Below are positions 1 through 10,511 of a stretch of 64,000 nt of DNA, in pieces. The position numbers and the translations under genes are program-made. The stretch lies in the NCBI GenBank assembly GCA_963691875.1, contig OY829846.1, positions 704,001-768,000 of the forward strand, in the 5' to 3' direction. The stretch comes from Aureliella sp. Lineage in GTDB: Bacteria; Planctomycetota; Planctomycetia; Pirellulales; Pirellulaceae. The notes below the pieces were generated by a model, which worked only from the letters and a program-made list of their open reading frames with translations, was not told the DNA's origin and made no database searches. The number at the start of each line of letters is the position of its first letter. The first letter of the stretch is position 1.

Positions 1-1302
1 CTGACTCTCTCGCGATGGTTCGGGATCGAAAGGCCCTTCGACCTCGACCTCACCAATTGAAAGATAAGGCCCTTCCTCGAAGAACTTGTAAACGATTGTT
101 TCACCAGTGAGTACACTGTTACGAGCATACTTTTTTGCGATGGCTTCGAGTGCAACCGGCGATTCGCGAAGCGATTCAATATCTAATTCCTGCTTCGCCA
201 TCGCGGTCTTGACTTGCTCCCAGCCGCTTCCACCTCTTGCAGGAGATCCAACCAATTTCCATGCGGCGGCAAGTTTCAGATCGCTTCGAAAAATCTCCAG
301 CAAAACATTCTGAAAGTTCTTCTTATCGTCGTAATCCAGTGGCCCGTTCGCATAACGAAAGACGAGCGTATGTCCCGCTTGAATTCGCGCTTGAAATTTC
401 ACTTGCTGCGGTGAATCTTTGGAGGCGGCTGAATCGACTTCAATGGTCTGAACCTTTGCGAAATTTTTTCTGCCATTCGGATCCATCGTCCCGATCTCAA
501 GTTGCTGAGGCAGGTTCTTGAGCTCGCCCGTACCATGAATCGAGACACGCACGCGATAAGTACCCGTAGCTGGCGCGGCAAACTTCGCCGGCCACGTGCT
601 ATTGCGTCTCTCGTTCTTTCCGCTTGACGCCAGCCGCATCCCACCATCTATAAGACAGGCAGATGAGTAGCTAATCACTAGGTCTTTCGCAGGGATCACG
701 AACTTATCTGTTTCGGCAAGCATGTCGTCCGGAGGGAAATACAGATCCGCTACGCTCGTTGCCGTCTCAGCAATGGCTTCCATGTGCGCTGGAGCGAGAT
801 TCATTCCACTTGCAAGATTATCAAATCCATGCTGCCGAGAATCAGCTGGGAATGTTTCAGGCAACTGAAAGTCAGCGAATTGAGTAAGCTGCCGAATCAC
901 GTTGGTCAGCTCTCGACGACTCAGTCTTCGCAAATGAGTCCCGCCGACCGGTCCTTTACGAATCATTTCTGACTCTAGCCACGCCAGAAATGCAGCTCGC
1001 TCAGGCCCTGCCGGCTGCTCCGCATCAATCGGCGGCATTACGGAACGAGCGAGGTACTCTCGGACTTGCTCCCAGTGTTGAGCCACCTTTCGATCGGCCC
1101 AATCAACGGGACTCAAATCAAGTGCGAAATCACCTTCCGCATCTGCACCACTGTGACAGCTAAGGCAAGTTCCTTCTAAGAATTCACGCTGCTTCGGCGG
1201 AATGCGCGAGGGTTGGGCCAGAAGACGACCACACCCTAGCGAAACCAAGAATACTAAGAGTGAGCCACGCAAGAGACGCGGCCATTTAAATCTGGAGATC
1301 AT
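1..1302 (-). CDS. DUF1592/DUF1587-type planctomycete protein with N-terminal cytochrome-c-like domain (3' end runs off the window)
   Basis: Manual translation from ATG 1302: MISRFKWPRLLRGSLLVFLVSLGCG (signal-like), then CLSCHSG (CxxCH); YLSIGEVEVEGP near the window edge. Directly downstream of a DUF1552 gene, its usual partner. Confidence 0.75.
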   Translation of the reverse strand, partial: MISRFKWPRLLRGSLLVFLVSLGCGRLLAQPSRIPPKQREFLEGTCLSCHSGADAEGDFALDLSPVDWADRKVAQHWEQVREYLARSVMPPIDAEQPAGPERAAFLAWLESEMIRKGPVGGTHLRRLSRRELTNVIRQLTQFADFQLPETFPADSRQHGFDNLASGMNLAPAHMEAIAETATSVADLYFPPDDMLAETDKFVIPAKDLVISYSSACLIDGGMRLASSGKNERRNSTWPAKFAAPATGTYRVRVSIHGTGELKNLPQQLEIGTMDPNGRKNFAKVQTIEVDSAASKDSPQQVKFQARIQAGHTLVFRYANGPLDYDDKKNFQNVLLEIFRSDLKLAAAWKLVGSPARGGSGWEQVKTAMAKQELDIESLRESPVALEAIAKKYARNSVLTGETIVYKFFEEGPYLSIGEVEVEGPFDPEPSRESQ

Positions 1303-1367
1303 GTCGAGTCTTCTCGTATTGAAATCACTCTACTCTGGCAACAGCAAGCACTGAGATACCTGATCGC

Positions 1368-2618
1368 CTACCAGTTCGCGATTCCGCGGCTTGCACCCGA
1401 GAACTCATCCGCGTCGATTCCGAATTGCCCCAGAATAGAAAGATAAACATCACCAAGCAGCAAGGCATCGTCTTGCTTGGGATCGCTAGCGATGTGCTTC
1501 CCATGCTTGAGTCCGCCGCCGGCTACGATGGTCGGCAAGTTACGATTGGAATGGCGACTAGCGTCTCCCATCCCTGTTCCGATCAAAATCACTGTGGTTT
1601 CAAGCAGGGGTCGACCTGCGGCATCAGTCGTTTCCTTCATCTTCTTCAAGAAACGGTCGAAGCATCGCATGTGCTCCGTCTCAACACGCACTAGATCGCG
1701 AATCAGATCTGGATCGTTTCCATGGTGCGACAAAGCGTGGTAGCCCGCACGCAATGTGCGCCCATCGATGGTAAAGACCTGCCCAAGTCCAGCGATAAAG
1801 AGACTTGCTACTCGTGTTGTATCTGTCTGCAATGCAAGATGGATCAAATCGAGCATGATCTGTTCGCACTCGAGCATCAGGGTTGGTGTGACAGGATCAT
1901 ATGGGGGCAATTCGTAGTCTACCTTGACCTGGTCATCTGCAAGATACAAGAGCTGCTTACCCATCCGCTTCTCAAGTTCACGGAGTGATGTAAAATACTC
2001 TTCAAGCTTCCGGCGATCCGCCGCGCTAACAGCAGTTTGAACCATTCGCGCCTCTTGCGTGAGCGAGTCGATCACACTTAGACCACTCTTCAGCAAGTAT
2101 TCATTGTGCTCAGGATTCTTTGCTCTCCCAAACAGCTTCTCATAAACGACACTGGGTCGATTCAACATTGGCAGCGGAGTACCACGCTCATTGAAGCACA
2201 TTTTCTGGGCAGGTATTTCACCAGCGCAAAGCTGCATCGAAGGGAGATCAGTTCTCTGTCCAACCTGCTTTGCAATTTGCTGATCAAGCGAAAAGCTCCC
2301 GATTCGAGTTCCGCAAAGAAAATTGTCCCAATTCTTATGTCCGTTAGCCGCACGATGATCAAAACCTGAGAACACAGTGTAACCACTGCGATGCTTATCA
2401 ATATGTTGCAGCAATTCAGATGTGACATAATCGGACCCTGTGTCCTTGGGAAAAAACGCGGGACCGTGGTATCCAAGGTTCGACCCGATTGCAACGAAAC
2501 GCGTGCAATTTGCATGGTTTCTCTCTTTCTTCGAAGTCTTAGCGAAGGTCTCGAGTGCCGGAAGCGAGAGAGCAGCCGTTGCTGATTTTAGGAACAGTCT
2601 TCTTTTTGCCGGGCGCAT
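1368..2618 (-). CDS. DUF1552 family protein
   Basis: Tat-like RRLFLK...LSLPALE start (ATG 2618 preferred over the ORF-track start); SLDQQIA, YHALSHHG, GMGDASRHSNRNLP...GGG motifs. Confidence 0.85.
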   Translation of the reverse strand: MRPAKRRLFLKSATAALSLPALETFAKTSKKERNHANCTRFVAIGSNLGYHGPAFFPKDTGSDYVTSELLQHIDKHRSGYTVFSGFDHRAANGHKNWDNFLCGTRIGSFSLDQQIAKQVGQRTDLPSMQLCAGEIPAQKMCFNERGTPLPMLNRPSVVYEKLFGRAKNPEHNEYLLKSGLSVIDSLTQEARMVQTAVSAADRRKLEEYFTSLRELEKRMGKQLLYLADDQVKVDYELPPYDPVTPTLMLECEQIMLDLIHLALQTDTTRVASLFIAGLGQVFTIDGRTLRAGYHALSHHGNDPDLIRDLVRVETEHMRCFDRFLKKMKETTDAAGRPLLETTVILIGTGMGDASRHSNRNLPTIVAGGGLKHGKHIASDPKQDDALLLGDVYLSILGQFGIDADEFSGASRGIANW

Positions 2619-2911
2619 GATCTGCCTAAGAAGGGGCAAGTTACAAAAGCTAGGAGGATCCGCAGTCGAGAATCGATTGAATTCCCTGGTTGCAGTGGAA
2701 AGGTCGGAAACTGCTGCAGGTTTAACTTCCGACAGTTCTACATTGTAAAATAGGGTAAAATGCTCATCAAGTTTGATAAAGTGAAGAAACCTCACCACAA
2801 CAAGTCTTTTCCGGCAACTTGAATGAAGGCTAGACTGCTAATAGACCCGCTAGGGTGTTGCTACTCTGAAAACAACCAATTGCTCCAACATTTAGAGATG
2901 GAGAGCTGAAA

Positions 2912-3577
2912 ATGTACCGCTTTGTGAGTGTACTCGTTGCCATCTTGGTCATGGCGACCATCATCTGGCAGAATCAACCCGAGACCATCGCTGCTTCTAC
3001 GCGGACTGGAGCCCAGGCTCAGGAAAAAAAGAAGACAGAAGAAAATTCGAAGGAAGGCAAAGTGGATAAGCAGGAAACGAAAAGAGAAACTTCGTACAAC
3101 GAACTAAATCGATTCGAATCCTGGGTAATTCTGCAGAAGGGGACTGAACGCGCCGGCACTGGCAAATTAGAGCACAACAAGAAGAAGGGAACTTACATTT
3201 GTCGCCGATGCAACGCTGAACTTTACAAGAGTGATCATAAATTCGACAGCAACTGCGGGTGGCCAGCTTTCGACGACGAGATAAAGGGGGCCGTTCGTCG
3301 TCAGCGAGACAAGGACGGTTACCGTACCGAAATTCTTTGTGCCAACTGCGATGGCCACTTGGGCCACGTTTTTCTCGGAGAACGGATGACGGAAAAGAAC
3401 ACGCGTCACTGTGTAAATTCTGTCTGCATGAAGTTCATTCCAGAAGGCGAGAAATTGCCGGCCAAGATCATCCTGGAAACTGCGGCTGAGAAGAAACGTC
3501 GCTTGCGTGAGGAGGCGAAGACGAAACAAGAGGCTGAGAAGTCGAAGGAGAAGACGGAAGTCGATAAGAAGGACTGA
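2912..3577 (+). CDS. msrB: Peptide-methionine (R)-S-oxide reductase with N-terminal signal/TM segment
   Basis: GTER, CRRC, KFDSNCGWPAF, RTEILCANCDGHLGHVF, RHCVNS. Confidence 0.95.
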   Translation: MYRFVSVLVAILVMATIIWQNQPETIAASTRTGAQAQEKKKTEENSKEGKVDKQETKRETSYNELNRFESWVILQKGTERAGTGKLEHNKKKGTYICRRCNAELYKSDHKFDSNCGWPAFDDEIKGAVRRQRDKDGYRTEILCANCDGHLGHVFLGERMTEKNTRHCVNSVCMKFIPEGEKLPAKIILETAAEKKRRLREEAKTKQEAEKSKEKTEVDKKD

Positions 3578-3616
3578 GTCATTAAACTTGGTCCGCTGCC
3601 TCCAACCCATCAAACC

Positions 3617-4177
3617 ATGCCCCAAATTGACAGAATCAAACATTCTCTCCAACCTTCGTTGAGACGGTTAATTGAGGATGCTTCCCTTCCTTCCTATGCG
3701 GAAGGCGTAATCGATCAAGCGACGAGCGATAGAATTCCGGACGTGGTGCTTAAGTGCGGCTTCTCGGGAAAACTCGCGGAGTCAGGCTTGTGGTTGCTCG
3801 CAAATGACCTAGACCGCTCTCACGTTATCAGCCAAGATCACGCAAGTGCAGATGGATCGTTCTGGCATGGCATCATGCATCGTCGCGAGGGCGATTTTGG
3901 TAACGCGAAGTACTGGTTTCGCAGAGTTGGCAGACACGACGTTCATGACAATCTTGCCGCGGAGTTACCTTCGCTGCTAGGTGAATCTGATTCGGAACTC
4001 GCCGATTTCCTGGCTTCTGCCGGTGCATTCGCGGAGGCGTTGGTAGATGCCTGCAGCGAGTTAGCCAGTGGAAAACGCAGTTGGAAAAACGGCCTGGAAC
4101 GCGTTTGTTGGTATGAGTGGCAAGGACTTTTCGACTATTGTCTCAACATTGATACCGAGGATACGTCGATAGCCTGA
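3617..4177 (+). CDS. Conserved hypothetical protein
   Basis: 186-aa ORF filling the gap, with a conserved-looking SH.ISQ...SFWHGIMHRREGDFGNAKYW block. Confidence 0.7.
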   Translation: MPQIDRIKHSLQPSLRRLIEDASLPSYAEGVIDQATSDRIPDVVLKCGFSGKLAESGLWLLANDLDRSHVISQDHASADGSFWHGIMHRREGDFGNAKYWFRRVGRHDVHDNLAAELPSLLGESDSELADFLASAGAFAEALVDACSELASGKRSWKNGLERVCWYEWQGLFDYCLNIDTEDTSIA

Positions 4178-4275
4178 TCTAAATCTCACTTTTGGTGTAA
4201 AAATAAGCCCATCGATGTCATACGATGTCTTGCCAATCGCCGCCGCGCCAGCTTGCCCGACTACCTGCAATCACT

Positions 4276-5148
4276 ATGAAACTTAGAGAAACATTCAGCA
4301 CCGACCGAACTGTACTCTCTTTTGAACTGTTCCCGCCCAAATCCGAGGCCGGGATGGGCGACTTAATGAAATCCGTTGAGGAGCTGAACGCCCATCAGCC
4401 GGACTTCATGACTTGTACCTACGGAGCAGGTGGTTCCACCCGCGACCGTACCTTGACGGTGGCTAGTACTGTAAAACAAGAGTACAGAACCCCGGTCGCC
4501 TCTCACTTGACCTGCGTCGGCTCTACCTGCGAACAGCTTCGCGACTACTTGAGCAAAGCCAAAGAGCAAGGAATTGACTACATCGTTGCTCTCCGGGGCG
4601 ATCCGCCAAAAGGCGAGACGGAGTTCAAAGCAGTTGACGGTGGCCTCCACTACGCCAACGAGCTTGTGGAACTCATCAAAGCCGAGTTTCCAGATTACGG
4701 AATTCTCGTTGCTGGCTACCCAGAAGTGCACCAAGAAGCTCCGAACGCAGAAGTCGATATGGAAAACTTGGTGCGTAAGGTCGACGCTGGCGCCGACGCA
4801 ATCGTGACTCAGCTCTTCTACGACAACAAAGACTACTTCTGCTTTGAAGAGCAATGTCGCAAAGCGGGAATTACCGTCCCCATTCTGCCCGGCCTACTCC
4901 CAGTCCTAACGCTTAAACAAGTGCAGCGAATTGCAAGCTTATGCAAAGCGCGCATTCCCGACGACTTTGTCGCTCGCCTGCAAGAGAAGGATGATCCCGA
5001 GTGGCAGTTTCAAGTCGGCGTTGAGCATGCAATCAAGCAGACTCAAGATCTAATTGACGCTAAGGTAGCAGGCATTCACTACTATGTGCTCAACAAGTCA
5101 ACAGCGACTAACCAGATACTCGGTAACGTGACTGGATTGAATCGCTAG
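4276..5148 (+). CDS. metF: 5,10-methylenetetrahydrofolate reductase
   Basis: SFELFPPK, TYGAGG, HLTCVG, ALRGDPP, VAGYPE.H, TQLFYD, IHYYVLN. Confidence 0.95.
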   Translation: MKLRETFSTDRTVLSFELFPPKSEAGMGDLMKSVEELNAHQPDFMTCTYGAGGSTRDRTLTVASTVKQEYRTPVASHLTCVGSTCEQLRDYLSKAKEQGIDYIVALRGDPPKGETEFKAVDGGLHYANELVELIKAEFPDYGILVAGYPEVHQEAPNAEVDMENLVRKVDAGADAIVTQLFYDNKDYFCFEEQCRKAGITVPILPGLLPVLTLKQVQRIASLCKARIPDDFVARLQEKDDPEWQFQVGVEHAIKQTQDLIDAKVAGIHYYVLNKSTATNQILGNVTGLNR

Positions 5149-5192
5149 TTTGCGCACAGGACCTTTTATCACTATGCATTTACGCCTCGATG

Positions 5193-6512
5193 CTACTTCC
5201 CATCAGTTAGCTCAAGACAAATGCAACGTTCATCGTTACGAAGGTAAACCCGACCATTAGCGTATGCAGGTGGATTCCAAGCTACTTTCCGCCCAAATGC
5301 ATCCCCAGTTGGTTCAATGACCATTACCCGATCTAATTCTTGATATCCCTCTGGAGTTAGCCTGGCAATCACCAGCTCTCCGGTTTCGCAAAACAGAAAA
5401 TAGACATCTTTGTTTTGCACGATGAACGCCGTTCCGGATCCAACCGGACGCTCGGCCAACGGTTTCGCGGTTTGCCACAGTCGCTCTCCTGAGGGAATAT
5501 CGATCGCCATCAATTCCCCAGTTTGGTGCATTCCGTAGATTAAATTGCCTTCTAGGAACGGCTGGACATTAACGGGCGAAATCCCAAGCTTTGGTTTATC
5601 CTGAAACAGAACTTTCGCGCCAGGCTTGCCATCCGAAAGCTCGAGCATCAAGTTTCGATTGGCGTAGCCTCCAACAAACAAGTGATTATCCACCTTCAGC
5701 GGTGTCATAATGATCGAACCGCTAGTCGCTTCGTAGTCCTTTGCCCAAAACTCTTCGCCTGTTTCCGGATCGACTGAGCTGATCGCCTTTGGGCTCATCA
5801 GGATCAGTTGACGCTTTCCCGCAGCTTCGATGATAGTCGGTGGTGAGTAACCTTGTTCCGGTGCATTACCATAGCGCCAAATCTCCTTACCCGTTTTCTT
5901 GTCAAACGCGACCGTGTGCGACCCTTCACCACCAACCAGCGTGATGAGCTTGTCGCCGTCAATTAAGGGATGCCCAGCATAGCCCCACAGCGCACTCTTA
6001 GTCGAATACTCCTCACGCAAGTCGTGACTCCAGAAGACTTCACCGTTGCTTGCTGCAATGCACTTAAGATTACCCTCAGCACCGAGCACATAAACCAAAT
6101 CACCTTCCACGACGGGCGTGCATCTTGGCCCAGCGGGATAGGAAACTGAAGTAGTCACAGGGTAACTGTGCCTCCAAAGCACCTTCCCATTACTTGCATC
6201 AAGACAAACGACTCTTTCCTGCCCCTTGTACTCCTTTCGCTGAAAATTGGATACTTTTACATCTGCATCAGTGACAAAGTCCATCAAGTAGACGCGATCC
6301 CCCACAACAGCTGGGCCAGCGTAGCCACCGGCAACAGGCGTGCTCCAGAGTTGCTTTGGACCATCTACTGGAAAACGTCGCACGATGTTGTCTGCAGCCC
6401 AGCGATTGTCCCGAGTCGGGCCCATCCAGTGTGGCCAATCTTCTGCAGAGGCAAAGTTTGACGAGAGATAAAAAGAAAAGCAAACGAGTACCACAAAGTT
6501 GCTTTTGTACAT
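5193..6512 (-). CDS. PQQ-like / BamB-type beta-propeller protein
   Basis: Signal peptide then DWPHW.GP.RD; repeated CLDA..G..LW / AFDKKTGKEIW blades; GYSPP; P.YANGRVYLRN. Confidence 0.85.
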   Translation of the reverse strand: MYKSNFVVLVCFSFYLSSNFASAEDWPHWMGPTRDNRWAADNIVRRFPVDGPKQLWSTPVAGGYAGPAVVGDRVYLMDFVTDADVKVSNFQRKEYKGQERVVCLDASNGKVLWRHSYPVTTSVSYPAGPRCTPVVEGDLVYVLGAEGNLKCIAASNGEVFWSHDLREEYSTKSALWGYAGHPLIDGDKLITLVGGEGSHTVAFDKKTGKEIWRYGNAPEQGYSPPTIIEAAGKRQLILMSPKAISSVDPETGEEFWAKDYEATSGSIIMTPLKVDNHLFVGGYANRNLMLELSDGKPGAKVLFQDKPKLGISPVNVQPFLEGNLIYGMHQTGELMAIDIPSGERLWQTAKPLAERPVGSGTAFIVQNKDVYFLFCETGELVIARLTPEGYQELDRVMVIEPTGDAFGRKVAWNPPAYANGRVYLRNDERCICLELTDGK

Positions 6513-6601
6513 TCTTGAGACTCAGACGAAAGAGAGTAAGTACGATTCTGTATAAGTCGAATTTATCACACTTCGCGATGGAGGAAAACGAAACGCTAGA
6601 G

Positions 6602-7402
6602 TCATTCCGAAGCTGGCTCGGAAGCGACGGAATTTTGTGTGAAAAGCAACCCGAATGGCTCTGTAACTGCATCAAGCCAGAGCGCAACCCCTTCTTGGCC
6701 GCTAAAGCCAAACGCGAGAAAAACAGTCAGACTCGCTAAATTAACCGCAGGAAACAACATCCAGCAAAATGTCGGCGGCAGCTCCTTCAAGGCGGTTTTC
6801 TTGACTTGTAATGAAATAAAAGCCGTTAGAGCGTGATATGTGAATGCTGCTCCTAACAAATAACTTTGCCACGGAAGGAACATTGCTAGCGGCATCAGGA
6901 ATCCAAGTAGAAACAGAAGGATTCCTGCCGTTGGAAACAAATAGGGTGCCGCTTTGATCAGCCAGTTTCCTTTTCCGCGAAACTGCACTTCCCCGCCGGG
7001 CAGTAAGGATGCGCGAAGTGCCTCGACGGGGTGTCCGGTCGCAAAAGCGAACAATGCCGTAGTCAGCTTCTTCTCCAGCCCTGTTACTAACCTGCCCCAC
7101 GAATTCTTGGCTAAAAAACTCTGCCATAAAAAGAAGAATGAGATGGCACCGGTCAGAAAAGCGAGCAGCCGAAATGGATACGAAAGCGAATATGCAACGA
7201 CGTACCAGATCACTCGGAGAGCCGCCCAGACTACCAGTGGCAGCATTAAGGTCGATAACCATGCAGCGGGCCACCGGAGTTTCTCAATCCATTCGTCGAC
7301 TCGACTTGCGATTGCCCCGGTTTTCCTTGAAGAGGAGGCGTTCTCTAACTCGACGGAAGAATCGTCCGCAGCCAGATCGTCCGGCTCAGAGAACTCTCGC
7401 AT
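6602..7402 (-). CDS. M50B-like membrane protein lacking the HExxH motif
   Basis: Multi-TM; GG.V...GKGNWLI..APY.FPT resembles M50B family; HExxH position reads EKKLTT. Confidence 0.6.
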   Translation of the reverse strand: MREFSEPDDLAADDSSVELENASSSRKTGAIASRVDEWIEKLRWPAAWLSTLMLPLVVWAALRVIWYVVAYSLSYPFRLLAFLTGAISFFFLWQSFLAKNSWGRLVTGLEKKLTTALFAFATGHPVEALRASLLPGGEVQFRGKGNWLIKAAPYLFPTAGILLFLLGFLMPLAMFLPWQSYLLGAAFTYHALTAFISLQVKKTALKELPPTFCWMLFPAVNLASLTVFLAFGFSGQEGVALWLDAVTEPFGLLFTQNSVASEPASE

Positions 7403-7554
7403 ATCGGCGGAATCAGGACCAGTTGCAGTCAACGTATTGGCCTCGATTCGGCATCTATAAAAAACGGAAAAAAGCACCACACGATGTATGTTGCTTCAGT
7501 CTATTCGATTCTTAGAAACGATTCTTGGACGCTGCAGCAAATCCGCATAAGCAA

Positions 7555-10209
7555 TTAATGAAGTAGCTCGAGCTCGGTACCCAACGCAGGTCCACGAGCT
7601 GCCGCCATGATCGCTTGCATTGAGTACTGGCTATGGGAGGGTACATCAAAACGAATTTCTCGCCCAGACAAAGTATCTAGTTTCGCATACCCAAGTAGTT
7701 GGTCATCCGCAAAGAGGCCAAGGCTCATTTCTTGCTCCTCTCCACTCGGACGGCAGGCCATCAACTTCTCAACGCCCTGTCGCGTTAACTCAATACCGAT
7801 GTCAAAAAATGAGGACGATATGCCCGAGAACAAATTTGGCTGCAACACCATCCTTCCTCGAGTCTGAACAATCATTCCGAGTCCGCCGGAACTCGCCATG
7901 AATTTGGGATCCGGCACGACTCCATCGGCGATCCGAAAGGTCTTGAGCTCTATCATTGTCGAGCTTGTTAGTTTAGCACTGCTTTCAGCCGGCATCGACT
8001 GCGAATCTGTCTCTACTTGCTTCAGACTCTCTGCTGCCACGACCCAACCAAGCTCAATCGGCCCTTCGATCAGCAGTCGATTCGCGACTTGCGTTCGTTC
8101 TCTGTCTTGAACCTCGATTTCAATGTTGCCTTCAACCAAGGCGTCGTCAGGGATCGAACTCGCATACTTGAAAATCCTTGAGTATAAAATCGTCTCCGTT
8201 TTGAGCTCACCCTTCACTGTCACAACAACATTGTCAACGTCTTGCAATCTATACATGATGTTCTGCAAAACCTGAGGAGCCTGCCCATCAACAACCCGAT
8301 AGGTCAGAGTTACGGGGTAGATACGAGAGTTGTAAACGACAATTCCAATGATCAGTGCGAGCCCGCCAACTCCATTTAGGATTGCCATCACGCGAGCCCA
8401 GCGATTCTCCCGAACGAACATGATCGTCGTTGCTCCCCAGGACTTCCTGGCATTGGCATTGCCAACTGCCTGTACCGGTGTGGGAGGCGGCATACGTGCT
8501 GACCGCTTTCCGATCCAGCGAAACGCCCAGATTGCGGTAGGCAAAGAAACTAACCAACCCGGGCCGGACGGGAAGCAAGACAACGCACAGCAAGCCTTGG
8601 CGAGGCTGATTGGTCGGGCTACGAGGCATGCCAGCCCAGTGATAAGCTGCAAGACAGAAAGTGGACCGAGCGTTATGGCGGCCATAATAGCCATTGGGAC
8701 GACTTCAGACCCACGGATCTCATTTGCAATCATATATTCCGCAATCGCAAGGCTGCCGGCGGTCATGACGCTGCAGAATACGAGCAAGATGCCTAGCACA
8801 GTCCAGTACCATCTCGTCTCCTCAGCACTTGCGATCTCTTCGCTGTTTGCCGATAGAGTTTCACCACGCAGTTCAGGGCGCTGCTCGCAAAGCTGCTCAA
8901 GCATCTTACGTGCAAAAGCCTTATCCGAATGTTTGATCGAGAGTGTGACTTTCCCTGTCTCTGCCTCAGGCAAATCGCCGAAGGCCTCAATCGAATGCGC
9001 GAGAATTTCAAGCTTGTTTCCGATCCAATTTTCATGGAATTCGATGCGGCTCAGCTCTTCAGGTGCAATTGTGACCTTCTTCGTCTTAGATTTGCTAAAC
9101 ATACCGCTAATCCGAAACTCAACCTTAAGCTTGTCATCTCGCAGACGAACCATACCGACCGCCTCTGAAATACCGTTGTCACATGAAAATGTGAATGGGA
9201 CAGAGAGGTGCTTAATGGGCTCGGTGCGTGACGAAACCGCAGACTCCTCAATTTGAGCGACAGGAACCTCACCGGCAGCTGGCACGATGTGCACGCCCTT
9301 CAGCGCATCTTGAATATTGCTCGCAGACTGAAAACGCTGGCCGGGCTTGCGGTGTAGTGCCTTCATTACCAAATCATCAAGCTGCGTGCCAAGATGCGGC
9401 TGGATGACGCTCGGTGGTTCATAACGGCCGAGCGGCAACTGGCCCGTTAACAGCTCGTAGAAGATCACCCCAAGTGCGTAAAGGTCGACGCGATGGTCAA
9501 CTTCATTTGGTGACTCCAAGTGCTCAGGTGCCAAATAGTGCAACGAACCAAGGACTTGGCGGGTGGCAGTCAAAGTAGGAGTACGAACGGAGTTGTCTAC
9601 GATCTTTGCGATACCGAAATCGGCGACTTTCACGGAGCCTTCTTCGCCGAGCAAGATATTCTCAGGCTTGATATCACGGTGAACGACGCCGCGTCCATGC
9701 GCATAGTGCAAGGCTTGGCAAATCGTGGACACGATCGCTAACGAATCTTCAGGTCCCGCACTTTGCGACTGAATCGCTTCACGCAAGTTGATGCCGTCGA
9801 CATACTCCATCACGAGGTACGCTATGCCACCGGGCGTCCGCCCGTAGTCGTAAACCGTGACGATGTTGGGATGTGAGAGACGAGCAAGCGTTTTCGCTTC
9901 TCGCTCAAATCGTTCCTTGAAGGACGTGTCACCGGCAACTTCGCCCGAGATGACTTTCAACGCCACGTCGCGATCCAAGTTGGTCTGTCGGGCGTGATAA
10001 ACCGCACCCATCCCGCCTCGGCCAACCAGCCGTGTAATCTCGAACTGCGGAAATTCCCCGTTCAATTGCTCCAGCGACGGTAGCTTGACGGGCGATTCAG
10101 GCATCGGATCGGACTGCTCACCTGGATTCGACATCCCCAACTGCAACAAGCAAACTTGGCATCCACCGTCGGCCGCAAGCAAACTCCCACAATCTGAACA
10201 TTTAGTCAT
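7555..10209 (-). CDS. Membrane Ser/Thr protein kinase
   Basis: GRGGMG.V, VALK, HRDIKPEN, DFG, YLAPE; several TM helices and an extracytoplasmic C-terminus. Confidence 0.92.
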   Translation of the reverse strand: MTKCSDCGSLLAADGGCQVCLLQLGMSNPGEQSDPMPESPVKLPSLEQLNGEFPQFEITRLVGRGGMGAVYHARQTNLDRDVALKVISGEVAGDTSFKERFEREAKTLARLSHPNIVTVYDYGRTPGGIAYLVMEYVDGINLREAIQSQSAGPEDSLAIVSTICQALHYAHGRGVVHRDIKPENILLGEEGSVKVADFGIAKIVDNSVRTPTLTATRQVLGSLHYLAPEHLESPNEVDHRVDLYALGVIFYELLTGQLPLGRYEPPSVIQPHLGTQLDDLVMKALHRKPGQRFQSASNIQDALKGVHIVPAAGEVPVAQIEESAVSSRTEPIKHLSVPFTFSCDNGISEAVGMVRLRDDKLKVEFRISGMFSKSKTKKVTIAPEELSRIEFHENWIGNKLEILAHSIEAFGDLPEAETGKVTLSIKHSDKAFARKMLEQLCEQRPELRGETLSANSEEIASAEETRWYWTVLGILLVFCSVMTAGSLAIAEYMIANEIRGSEVVPMAIMAAITLGPLSVLQLITGLACLVARPISLAKACCALSCFPSGPGWLVSLPTAIWAFRWIGKRSARMPPPTPVQAVGNANARKSWGATTIMFVRENRWARVMAILNGVGGLALIIGIVVYNSRIYPVTLTYRVVDGQAPQVLQNIMYRLQDVDNVVVTVKGELKTETILYSRIFKYASSIPDDALVEGNIEIEVQDRERTQVANRLLIEGPIELGWVVAAESLKQVETDSQSMPAESSAKLTSSTMIELKTFRIADGVVPDPKFMASSGGLGMIVQTRGRMVLQPNLFSGISSSFFDIGIELTRQGVEKLMACRPSGEEQEMSLGLFADDQLLGYAKLDTLSGREIRFDVPSHSQYSMQAIMAAARGPALGTELELLH

Positions 10210-10511
10210 CTTTGAGCTCCAGTCGCCCTTTTTTTTTGGTTTCGAGTCAGCATTCGCGCCGATTCCATCAACAGAATTGGCTCTTAACCATCAGTTCGTA
10301 AAGCAACGATAGCCAGTTACAGAACGGGAAAGAATTTCTCGAAGAATTCCCGATCACCCGAAACCTAGTGGGATTCGCCGGAATTTCTCATCTCTACCGA
10401 CTTCCGCATTTCGACCGTACAACCCGCAGTTCCGCTCAAAGAGGCTGAAGTAAGGATGAAGCCGCATTTTTTGCGAAGCGGTGGATTTCTGGCCAACCCC
10501 ACTACAACAGT

